A stretch of DNA of 64,000 nt from Heteronotia binoei (GCF_032191835.1 NC_083234.1:2170001-2234000), one strand, 5' to 3'; positions 23,837 to 34,758 are shown, numbered from the stretch's first letter. Notes: generated from the sequence alone by a model not told the origin. A program made the numbers and translations.

Positions 23837-26800
23837 ATGGACGCGCCGCCTGCGGTGAGTGGCCGCTTCGCCTCGCCGGGAGGGAGGGAGGGAGGGAAGG
23901 CTGGGAGAGCGCCGCCGCCTTGTCTGCCCGGGGCTTCCGTTCTTCCTGCCTCCTTGTCCTGCTCGGGCAGGCAGGCGGGGCGTTTGCAGGGAGCTTCGCG
24001 GTTCTGGGGGTCTCTGCCGCCGCGTCCCCCTCCCTGGGAGCCCGGGCCCCCCTCGCCTCAGCCCGCTTTCCCTGCCCCAGCCTCGCTCTCTGCCCCCTAA
24101 GCCCGGGGGGGGGGCGCTGGGAAAGGAGCGAGGGACGCCTGCAGAACGGGGGGGGGGGGGCTGGCTCCCAGCAGTCAGCCTAGAGAGGGAGAAGAGTCCC
24201 GGAAATGTTGAAGCCAGAAATAAATAAAGAAATGGGAAATTTCTTTGCGGGGGGGGGGGGCTGAAATGCATGCAACACTCGCTTCCGTGCCAAACTTAAT
24301 TGTTTTTTACTGATTGAACTACATGAAGCTTGTCATTTGGATCTTGTTGCAGAATTTATTCCTGAATGAGACTTAAGTGTTTTTGAATATAATCTTGGAT
24401 TGGGTTTACACTCTGTTCTTTGGCTCTGCATCTCATAACACTCCATAGCCAATCTAAGCAGCGCCCTGCTTGCACCCCAGCCCAGTGGACTCTGGCAGGG
24501 CGTGGAGTCCCAGGGAACACTCCTGGATTTCCCTAACATGTCTTCTGGATAAAAGTGTGTAGTGGTTGAGGTATTAATGGGATTTAAAAGTATACATGTA
24601 CGGTAACGTATACTGAAGCAGCATACCGAATCCCTTGGTTCATCAAAGCCAGTATTGTGCTGAAACTGGCAGCTGCAGAGTCTCAGGCAGACGTCTTGCC
24701 TGGTCCTTTTACATGGAAATGCTGCTGGGGATTGAACCTGGGACCTTCTGTGTGCCAGGCAGATGCTCTGCTGTTGAGCCCCATAGTGTCTCATCAAATA
24801 TCCCTTGCTTGCTTAAGAAAAATAGTAAACATACCCAGTACTTAAAGTTGCAAACTTCTGTATACCCTGCCTTTCTCTTCAGCTGGGAACTAGAGTGGCT
24901 TACATCATGCCCCATTTTATTTTCACAACAGCCTTGTGAAGTAGGTCAGGTTGAGGGAGGTGGTGAGCGCCCCCTCACTGGCAGCCTTCAAGCAGCATCT
25001 GGATGAATACTTGTCAGGGGTTCTCTAGTCTGATTCTGTTGAGGCTGGGTGAGTGGGCGTCAACGTGGCAGATGTGGTTCAATGTGGCCAAGTGCAAAGT
25101 AATGCACATTGGGGCCAAGAATCCCAGCTACAAATACAAGTTGATGGGGTGTGAACTGGCAGAGACTGACCAAGAGAGAGATCTTGGGGTCGTGGTAGAT
25201 AACTCACTGAAAATGTCAAGACAGTGTGCGTTTGCAATAAAAAAGGCCAACGCCATGCTGGGAATTATTAGGAAGGGAATTGAAAACAAATCAGCCAGTA
25301 TCATAATGCCCCTGTATAAATCGATGGTGCGGTCTCATTTGGAGTACTGTGTGCAATTCTGGTCGCCACACCTCAAAAAGGATATTATAGCATTGGAGAA
25401 AGTCCAGAGAAGGGCAACTAGAATGATTAAAGGGCTGGAGCACTTTCCCTATGAAGAAAGGTTGAAACGCTTGGGACTCTTTAGCTTGGAGAAACGTCGA
25501 CTGCGGGGTGACATGATAGAGGTTTACAAGATAATGCACGGGATGGAGAAAGTAGAGAAAGAAGTACTTTTCTCCCTTTCTCACAATACAAGAACTCGTG
25601 GGCATTCGATGAAATTGCAGAGCAGACAGGTTAAAATGGATAAAAGGAAGTACTTCTTCACCCAAAGGGTGATTAACATGTGGAATTCACTGCCACAGGA
25701 GGTGGTGGCGGCCACAACTATAGCCACCTTCAAGAGGGGTTTAGATAAAAATATGGAGCAGAGGTCCATCATCGGCTATAAGCCACAGTGTATGTGTGTA
25801 TATAAAATTTTTGGCCACTGTGTGACACAGAGTGTTGGACTGGATGGGCCGTTGGCCTGATCCAACATGGCTTTTCTTATGTTCTTATGTTCTGCAATGA
25901 ACAGGGGCTTGGACTAGACAGCCTGCCTGGCCCCTTCCCACTCTATGATTCTCTGAGCATGTGATTGGCCCAAGGTCCTGCAGTGCTCCTCAGTGGCAGA
26001 GGGGGGATTTGAACACAGGTCTTTCAGATCCTGGTCTGACTTGCTAACCATTCTGACACAACACTGAATTAATATTATTATTAAACATGTTATTGCATAT
26101 TAATTGTTACACAATTTATTTACTTTTTCAAAAAAATGTGAAAGCATTATCTACGTCTGAAGTACAAAAGGTTCTTTCCCTTCAGTGCACCCCCCAAGTT
26201 TCATGCTACAAGTTTTCAATGCATGGGGCCCTCCCTCCATTTCTTTCCCCAGGTGGTTCAAATTCTGTACACACCTGAATCCTCGAAGCACAATCAGTTA
26301 CTCCAAGGAAATGTGGCTGTTGAAAATGTTACAGGACACTGGCAGTACTGGACAGACTGTTAGTTCGATTTCCATTGAGTTTGGAAGCAGTGTGCCATTT
26401 GGCTAGCCCCCGCTCCCCAATATGTGGGTGAAATGGCTCTTGTTTTCTTGCAAAAATGGCCCCATTGTGAGCTGCATGCAGGCAGAAGGGTGCCTTCCTT
26501 CTCTTGACACGTTTTCCCCAGAACAATTTCTTTCTGTGCAGAACTTGGGCAGCTCCTTTCTGGCAGCGCCTGCAGCTGCGCTTCCTTCCGGGCTCAGCCC
26601 CTTTAGTCCTCTCTCCTCTTCCTTATCTCTGGCCCCACATTGGGTCTCATTTTGCAAAGAGAGGCACTCTTGACCAGACGCGGGTTGAGTCGCTGGCAAA
26701 GACCGTGCGGAGCTGGAGATGGCAGATGCCCTGCTGTGGCTTAGTCAGGTAACAAGGGGACAGGGCTAGAGTGCCTGCCTTGCCTACAGGAGTGCTTGGG

Positions 26801-29800
26801 GAGCCTGCTGCCTGCCTTATTAGGTGGCTCAGGAGGAGCAGAGACTGCTGCGGGGCAGATGAGCGGGCTAGACACCCTCCGCTCCTTTCATGTCTTTGAT
26901 TCTGTGCCGGAGAGAAGGGCAGAATGTCATTCAGCTGCGTGGCACTGGGCATTATGGGGGAGCCTAAGAAGAACCCAGCTGGATCAGACTAGCGAGGGCC
27001 CCTCTGGTCTCACACAGGGGCCAGCCAGTTCCTCTGGAGAGCCGACAACAGGGCAGAGAGGCCGAGGCCCTTCCTCTGATGCTGCCCTCTGGCTGTTCTG
27101 GGATTCAGAGATCAGTGCCCTTGAACACGGAGGTTCCCCCAGTCACCACGGCTCGAGCCTCTGAGAGACGTATCCTCCATGAATCTGTCAGATCCCCTTT
27201 TAAAGCTGTTTACTCCTGTGGCCGTCACGCCATCCTCTGGCGGAGAATTCCATTTTTTAATGACTCTCTGTCTCAAGTAGTAGTTTCTTTTGTTCGTCCT
27301 GAGCCTCCCGCTCATCAGCATAATTTAATGTTTGGATTAATATCGCGCAAGTGGGCTCAGGGCAACTTACAACAGTAAAATTGAACAGAGTTAAAAGGAT
27401 ATCATAAAACCAGTATTACAAAACCAGGAGCAGCCCAATAAACCATCTTACAGACATGGGCGGCAAAAACCACCCAACAGCATGTGGCTGGTGACTGACA
27501 GCATCCCATAAACACCATAATGGTGAAATGCCCTCAGATTCTAGTATCGTGGGAGGGGGAAAAATGTCAGCGCTTGGGACCCTGGGGGTGGGGTGGAGCT
27601 TGGCTTTGGGTTCCCATTCTGCCATCAAGTTTGCTGGGGGGCTGTGAGCAGCCTGCCTCCCTCCTTCCCTCCCAGGCTTGTGGTGAGGAGTCGGGAGGAT
27701 GGGAGAGCCACACCTGCTGCTGGGAGCTGCCTGCGGAAGGGGCAGGATGAAACTTGGGAGCAGAGCCGGGGACCCAGAGGAAGCTCTTTGCTGCCAGCAG
27801 CAGGGAGTCCTGGATTCAGCACAGGAAGCGGCAGATGGAGACAGGCAGAAGGGAGGGGGGCGTTTTAGTGAATCAGCCCTCAGTGAACCTTTCCAGGTTT
27901 CCCCTCTGTGGGTCACACGGTCTGTTTCTTGCACACACACACAACGTGGGAAGGAAGGCCCTGCTCCCAGCAGACTTGCCCTTCGCTGTGCGTGGGGACT
28001 GAAGTTTCTTTTCTGCAAGTAACTGGAGGCCAACCTTTGCAGGGAGAAAATGGCTTGAAAAACCACACGATCCGCGTGGGAACAAGGAAGAGCCAGGTGA
28101 AGAATGGTTTCTCTCTCCATAAGTCTCCCCTGCGGAAGCTCAGAAGTGTGTTGAGAGAAGAGGGGGTGGGGCGGCAGGCTTGGGAAGGGAGATAATGCCC
28201 CCCCCCCCCCCCTTGCGGTGGAGAGCAACTAATCTCCATCTGCCAGCCGCTGACAGAGCAGCCCTTTCTTGAAGGGGCCTAGCCAAGGGCAGGACTCCGC
28301 TCTGGGACGAGAAGCTTTCGGCAGGGACACTTCCTGTCTCCCAGGGTTGGCTGGGGGGGCAGCATGGCCCAGGCAGAGGTCTCTGTGGGCCCCCTGGACT
28401 GGGGCGGCCTCCTTGGGAGCCTGGAGGTTTTTTGCATTCCCTGACGCTTGGTCGTTCCTTGTCTGGAATGGCAGCTGGCTCGGATCCAGACGGACAGCGT
28501 GGTGCAGATGCTGCAGGAGCGCCACCCCCACCTCTGCTTTGAGATTGGTGAGCATGGGGGGTCCTGGACGGGAGAAGCCAACCCACAGTGAGCTTGGGGG
28601 AGGGTTGGGGGGCAGAGAGCAGCACTCCTCCAGGCCCCAGCACAACCCGCAGCGCGCTGGGCCTTCTGTCTGCTGCCCTGCAAAGGGGCCGTGGCTGGAC
28701 AGGACAGCTGCCTCCCCCCCACCATACAGTCCCCTGCATCCATCCTGTTGGTGCTGGAGTGACAACCCCTCCCCACAATGTGTTTGAACAGTTGCCATGT
28801 CGACCACTGGAGACAGGATCCTGGACACAGCCCTCTCCAAGGTAAGCTCTGCCTCCCTGGGCTGGAGCTGGCTCTGCAGAAGAGCCGTCCTCGCCTCTGA
28901 CGGGCTGGCCTCTTTCCCCACTCAGATTGGAGAGAAAAGCCTCTTTACGAAGGAGCTGGAAAACGCGCTGGAGAGGAACGAGTAAGTGCCCTCATGGCCT
29001 GGCCTGGATTTTGGTGAAGTTGGCACTCACCAGAGTGGGGGTTCTTTGGTGCCAGGAGGTGGGCACTTGCAGAGCCAGGATGGGCTGTTCTGATCAAAGT
29101 TGTTGGCACAGAGGCCAGGCGGGGGGTGAGGGGGGAAGGGCCAGAGAGAGAAGCCCAATACTCACTCTCTGTGTGACCTTTTAGCAGTGGGCGTTTGTCA
29201 GGGTGTGCTCCAGCATACTGCATACTTAGTGGTTGCCGCAACAATCCTGAAAATTAGGCCATGCTGAGAATTACTTGCTCAAGGCTGCCTGGGGCTTCTT
29301 GCAATCCTGCCACCTCCTGCCCTGCTCTGATTGCAGGGTTGACTTGGTGGTCCACTCGCTGAAGGACCTGCCCACCACCCTGCCCCCGGGATTCACCATT
29401 GGCGCTGTCTGCAAGTGAGTTGGGAAGCCCTTGCTAGGCTCAACTGGGCTTGAGCCACTGGTCTCTCCCCATCCCCTGGGGGGCTGGGCTGGGCCCCTGC
29501 TGCTGTGAGCCAGGAGGACAGCGGTGGTGAGGCGGAGGGAAGGTCAAGGGAGCCCTGCTATCACTCAGCTGACCTGCTTCCCGGCTCTGCAGGAGGGAAA
29601 ACCCCCATGATGCCGTTGTCTTTCACCCCAAGCACTCTGGGAAGACTCTCGACAGCCTCCCGGACAAGAGGTGAGGTTGCTGTGCTCCTTTTCCTGTCCC
29701 AGCCCCTCTGGCCTTCCGACCAGCCAGGCAGAGGAGGCTGGTTTCTCTCCCAAGGTTCCCTTCTCGACATTCACATGCCGGTTTGCCACTGCAGCCAACC

Positions 29801-32800
29801 TTCCTGGGGCCTTGGAGCATCATCCCAACCCTTTGAAAGAGCCTGCCATGGCCTGTGTCTTCCAGCATTCTATCTCACACCGTGGCCAGCCAGTGGCCCT
29901 GCAGGTCCAAAGGAACAGGGCACAGGGCCTTCCCTTGCACTGCACTGCACAAGCAGGGGAGTTCAGAGATTGGTTGCCTCTGAACGTGGAGGCTATCTTT
30001 AGTTGTTATGGCGACAGTAGCTATTGATGGAATCAGCCATGACTCTAATTCCTTTTTACAGCTTTCTATGCTTGTGGCCATCACTACTTCTACTGAGAGT
30101 TTAATTAGTCACTGAATAGAGAAGCATTTCCTTTTGTCTGTCCTGAAGCTATTTGCCAGCAACTTCACTGTGTGTCCTGGAGGTCTGCTAACATGGGAGA
30201 GGTAGAAAAAGCTCTCCCTATTCACTTTCTCCACTGTGCACTGCATGCAGTCCTTCGCCTCCAAAGATGCTCTTCCTCCCAACAGAAGAACTTTCTTTTA
30301 AGTGGCTGAAATGGTTAAGAGCAGTGTTCTCTCTAAGCTGAGCCAGTGTGAGCTAGCTCACAGATTCTTAGCCACTGGCTCACACATTTTTGTCTTTGCT
30401 CAGGAAAAATGCCCCCAGAGCACACTAATTTATGCAGAAACTCACAGCTTTAATGCCAGTAGCTTACAAAGCAGAATTTTTGCTCACAGGACTCCACAGC
30501 TTAGAGGGAACATTGGTTAAGATTCCCTTTCAAGAAGTTTTTAGAGCATGCCTGCATTACATTTGCTGGGTAATTTTTCAAAAAAGCAACACTGGAAAGT
30601 GAAAACTGCTGGATTATCATTAAAATCCTCTATCCTCCATCTTGCCTGCCACTGGTGGGGGGAGAGGCTGCTCTCGTGGCCCCCTGGAGCTGAGCCAGCC
30701 CTCCTCAGCGGGTGGGGGGGACGGAGTGAGTCTCCAGAGTCAGTAAGCGTGCCCAGCAAGGACCAGCAGATCTGATTGCACACCTGAGGCAGGGAAACAG
30801 CCACCCAGTACAGGCAGCACTCTGGGTGCCCAGAGCCCTGGCTTCATTCTGACATGTGCTTCTGATTGCTCTCCCCCCACCAGTGTGGTCGGCACCAGCT
30901 CCCTCCGTCGAGCGGCTCAGCTGAAGAGGAAGTTTCCTCAGCTGGAGTTCAGGGATATTGTATCCTTTTCTGGTTCAGCAGTGCCTGGAATTGCCGCCTT
31001 CACAGCTGTGCCTCTTTTGAACCAGAGGCATTTATAGCCTTTCAGCAGCAGAGGCGGGAGGGTTGGCGTTCCTTCTCAGAGAGCTTGTAGCTATGCGCTC
31101 ATTTCCCACGATAGTCTTTGCCTTGGTACGGCACTGTGTAAAAACCAGTTCGTGTTAACCCAACGGGGAAGGGGTGGATGCCTTTCCCAGCTGGAGATGG
31201 GGGCAAACTACTCTTTGGTCTCTAAAAGGCAGTTTTCTGCCACTCTCATTTGGCAGAAGAAACAAGGGGTCTGCATCCCTGCTGGAGCCACAGGGCTATT
31301 CATGCTGGAAGGACACCCTGGAAGACTTACACAATGCATTTGCATAGCCCAGCCTGGAGCAAGAGGGGGTGTAACCTAACCACTGTGGATTAATCTCCCC
31401 CCACCAGGCAAAGTGCAGCTCCTTACCCTGCCAGGAATCCCCCCCCCCAAAAAAAAAGATAGCAAAGAGCAATGCGAGGCGACATGCTTCTGACTCTAGG
31501 AGGTGGCCAGGTGTGTGTGTTGTTTTCCCTGAGGCTGTCCTGCAGAGAGGGAACTTGAACACGCGCTTGAGGAAGCTAGACGAGAAGGAAGACTTCAGTG
31601 CCATTATCCTGGCGGCTGCTGGCTTGAGGCGGATGGGCTGGGACAGCCGTATTGGCCAGGTGAGCTGTGGGCTGCCGGTGCTTTTGCCCAGATGTCTGCC
31701 AGGAAAGTGGTGGGAAGGGGGAGGGGCAGGGGGGATGCTGAGCATGATGGAATGCCTGAGGTTGAAGGACAGCAGATACAAGCCTGCTGGGGCCACAGAC
31801 AATGATCTTGGCTGGCTGCTGGGGTAGTGGGAGAAGGAAACAGTATAAAAATAGAAAAGACAGCGGTCATTCAAGTCTGACCGGAGAACGCTTGGGTCCT
31901 GTGCAAGGCAGGAGAATGGGGAACACCCTAGTTGCGGAGATGGGAGTCTGCAAAACCAAGTTTGGGAGGGCTGCCCCTTTCACAGGCAAAGCCTCCTCCT
32001 TCAGGGGTAAATGGGGCACATCTGGCCTGTTCTAGGCTTTCCCACTGAAATGGCTGCATTCTGCATTCACCAGAACAGAAAAGCGTTGCAGGCAGCCAAG
32101 TCAGCCCCCAAAGCAGCAGCTGTTGGGAAGTGGCTTTATTAGGAGCAGCTGCAGTGTCCCGAAGGGAGACTCGTGAGGTGTAATTGCTGGTCTTGCTGCA
32201 TTCCAGGTTCTGAGCCCCACAGACTGCTTGTATGCTGTTGGGCAGGTACGTGAAGTTCTCTCTCCCACCTTGGCAGGCACGTGGGTTGCCCTGGCTTTCT
32301 GCTTGCTGGCGTATCAAGTGCAAGTGAGGACCCCAGAGCCAGAGGTGCTGAAGAGGCTGTGGGACTCGTTCCCAGGGCTGGAGAGGGGAGGGGGGGTGGG
32401 CGTTTGGCTTGAGGGACTGCAGGCTGCATTCAAAACCACCCACCCCATCTCCACAGGATCCTTCCCAATTACGAGGTCTGGGAGGGTTGTCTGCAGGCTC
32501 CCTTTTATTTTGGATGGGGCCATTCCAGACCAAGGGAGGTGCAAATAAAGTCCCCCAGTTGAAACTTCTATTCTGGAGGCTTGTCCTCTGAAGCCTCCCC
32601 TGCCTGCTTCCTTCAGGGTGCCTTGGCAGTGGAGGTGAGAGCCAAAGACCAGGAGATCCTGGAGCTGGTGGCTGCCTTGCATGACAGGGAGACTGGCCTG
32701 CGATGCGTTGCTGAGAGGGCCTTCATGAAGCGCCTGGTGAGCCCCGAGGAGAACAGCCTGCTCCCAGGGTGGGGGATGTAGAGGAGGGAAGCTGCTGCTG

Positions 32801-33571
32801 CTCCAGAAACTCACAGGTGTGTTTTCAATCCCAGGAGGGTGGCTGCAGCGTCCCAGTGGCAGTGAGCACCATGGTGAAGGATTCCGAGGTAATGCCAGGG
32901 GCTTCTCAGCTGGGGTGGGGGGAGTCCAGAGTGAACCCCTGCCTGTTGACATCTCCGTTTGCTCTCCCAGCTGTACCTGACTGGAGCAGTCTACAGCCTG
33001 GATGGAAAAGAGAGCCTCCAGGAGACCATGCAAACCAGTGTGGATTTCCCCCAGGAGGTACCAGCGCCTGCTTCTACTGGGGGTGGGGAGATGGGGGAAT
33101 TTCCCACTTGGAGTCAAAGAGGAGTGTGGGGTGAGAGTTTGGGCTGCAACGGAATAGTTGCACAGGAGTCTGGGCTGTGTATGTCAAGTGGAAACAGCAC
33201 ACAGGTTGGAAGAAAACTGGGGCATGGATGATAAACAATTTTATTAGTAACATATGGTAGCAAAACTGTATCTACAACTTATAGAAACTTAAAGCTGGGG
33301 CATGGAGAAGCACCTGATGCTCCTGCCGGAGCCCTCTGCCCGACTTGCTGCGTCTTTCTTTCCTCAGGAGGCAGAGGGGCCCAACGATGACACGCAGCAC
33401 GTTGGCATCCGTGCGCAGACTGTCCCTCACCAGGCTCAGCGGGCAGCCGAGAAGCTGGGCGTGGGGTTGGCAGAGCTGCTGCTCAGCCAAGGGGCTGGGC
33501 AAATCCTCACCGTGGCCAGGCAGCTCAACGAGGAGGCCCAGCTGCCCTGCCCGCCTCGTGTGGCATCCTGA
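23837..33571 (+). CDS. HMBS: Hydroxymethylbilane synthase (porphobilinogen deaminase), 14 coding exons, about 366 aa
   Basis: Inferred exon 1 is 23837-23854 (MDAPPA, GCG|GTGAGT; in-frame upstream ATG at 23816). Then 28043-28096, 28475-28547, 28792-28841, 28926-28981, 29337-29414, 29593-29670, 30884-30959, 31546-31659, 32207-32245, 32617-32736, 32835-32888, 32971-33057, 33368-33571. Internal exon sizes 54/73/50/56/78/78/76/114/39/120/54/87 match the mammalian gene. Motifs [26 protein letters not shown] and EGGCSVP (cofactor Cys) are present. ATTAAA at 33660-33665. Exon 1 assignment is less certain (about 0.75). Confidence 0.95.
25039..25894 (+). mobile_element. Young 5'-truncated CR1 LINE, present only in duplicate copy 2
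   Basis: About 97-98% identical by manual comparison to about 15390-16240. The empty site in copy 1 is GATTCTG|CAATGAAC near 12632. TTCTG flanks both sides (25034-25038 and 25890-25894). Confidence 0.95.
30322..30515. mobile_element. hAT-type MITE
   Basis: TIRs CAGTGTTCTCTCTAAGCTG / CAGCTTAGAGGGAACATTG. The 8-bp target duplication GTTAAGAG / GTTAAGAT matches at 7 of 8 positions. Confidence 0.85.
30960..31545 (+). other. U12-type GT-AG intron in HMBS
   Basis: 5' site GTATCCTTTT at 30960. Branch-like TTTTCCCTGAG about 12 nt upstream of the CAG acceptor (31543-31545). Confidence 0.85.
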
Positions 33572-33913
33572 GCCCCCCAGGACTGGAGGCGGGGGCGGGG
33601 AGGGGGGGAGCTCCCGCCCATTCTGCTGCAGGGAAGGCCTCTCCGTGAAGACGAAAGTGATTAAAGAGCTGGCGCAGAAAGCGGTGTCTGGAAGTTGCCT
33701 GGAGTCACGCATGCGTCGCCGTCGCCCCCTCCCCCAAAGCCAGCCAGGAGAGCGCGGGTGCAGCGTACCGGAATCCAGTTAATGAGCAGAGAGCGCGAAG
33801 CCGCCAGGCTCCGTTTGGCGCCAAAGTCCTGGCCGGCGGCGGGGGCGGCAGCAGCGGGCGGCGAGCTCTTTCCTTCGGCGGGAAGCGGCGGCGGCGTCCT
33901 CTCGGCCGGGGCG

Positions 33914-34324
33914 CTAGTACTCCTGCGAGGAGGCCTGGCCGGGCGTCTTCTTGGCGGCGGGGGCGGCCTTGCGGGGCAGGAGGGCGGCGGGGATGTGGGG
34001 CAGGACGCCGCCCTGCGCGATGGTGACGCGGCCCAGCAGGCGGCCCAGCTCCTCGTCGTTGCGCACGGCCAGCTGCACGTGGCGGGGCACGATGCGCGCC
34101 TTGCGGTGGTCGCGCGCCGCGTTGCCCGCCAGCTCCAGGATCTCGGCCGTCAGGTACTCCAGCACCGCCGCCAGGTACACCGGCGCGCCCGCCCCCACCC
34201 GCGCCGCGTAGCGCCCCCGCCGCAGCAGCCGGTGCAGCCGCCCCACCGGGAAGTGCAGCCCGGCCCGCGACGAGCGCGACTGCGCCTTCCTCGCCCGCCC
34301 CTCGCCTCCCCTGCCGCCCGGCAT
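33914..34324 (-). CDS. H2AX: Histone H2AX, divergent, 136 aa, intronless
   Basis: H2A fold core ([32 protein letters not shown]), C-terminal SQEY, and the syntenic position between HMBS and DPAGT1. ATG at 34324-34322. Confidence 0.95.
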   Translation of the reverse strand: MPGGRGGEGRARKAQSRSSRAGLHFPVGRLHRLLRRGRYAARVGAGAPVYLAAVLEYLTAEILELAGNAARDHRKARIVPRHVQLAVRNDEELGRLLGRVTIAQGGVLPHIPAALLPRKAAPAAKKTPGQASSQEY

Positions 34325-34360
34325 CGCCCAGAAGCAGCCCGCGCCCCGCCGCGCCTCTCC

Positions 34361-34410
34361 TTTATAGCGCCCGGGCCTTCCGCTCATTGGCTGCCTCCTG
34401 CCACCAATGG
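34361..34410 (-). promoter_or_regulatory. H2AX core promoter
   Basis: TATAAA on the minus strand at 34366-34361, CCAAT at about 34390-34386, and an inverted CCAAT at about 34405-34409. Confidence 0.75.
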
Positions 34411-34758
34411 GGCGGCAGCGCGCCCGATTCAAAAGCTCAGGAAGCCGCCCCGCGCCTTGCACAGCGCCGCGCCCTCGCAGGGGATAGTCCGCTGCTCCGC
34501 CTCCGTTTAGCGCGGAGGGGGGCGGGAAGCGCTGCAGGCTGGAGCCGCTTTACAACCTTCATTCCCAGTATTGCCACACAAGTGGGGGCTCAGGCAGCAG
34601 CATCCAAGACGTGCACACCCACTAGGCACGTTGCAGACAGCCCTCAGGCTGACCAGAACAGAGAGGAGTCCGCCGGGCGGGCCAGCGGCCTCTCCCTGGC
34701 ATTTCTTCCTCGACCTATCAGTGGGACTCAGAGGGATTCTGCTTCCTTACGTATACAT

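Larger units (their letters stand above)
23420..27424 (+). repeat. Segmental duplication, direct copy 2
   Basis: Paralogous to about 10960-14350. Differs by a CR1 insertion (25039-25894), an approx. 190-bp deletion (copy-1 region about 13585-13775) and small reciprocal indels near 12970-13010 vs 26230-26275. Confidence 0.95.

Noticed and set aside
10960-27424. Pure assembly artefact (haplotype duplication)
   Set aside because: Considered unlikely because of complementary loss-of-function changes, copy-specific CR1 insertions and clean novel junctions. Long reads are still needed to exclude it formally.
27860-28042. Erythroid HMBS promoter/exon 2 (GTGAATCAGC resembles an NF-E2/AP-1 site)
   Set aside because: Two mismatches to the MARE, no canonical GATA site seen nearby and no convincing exon. 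Not supportable from sequence alone.
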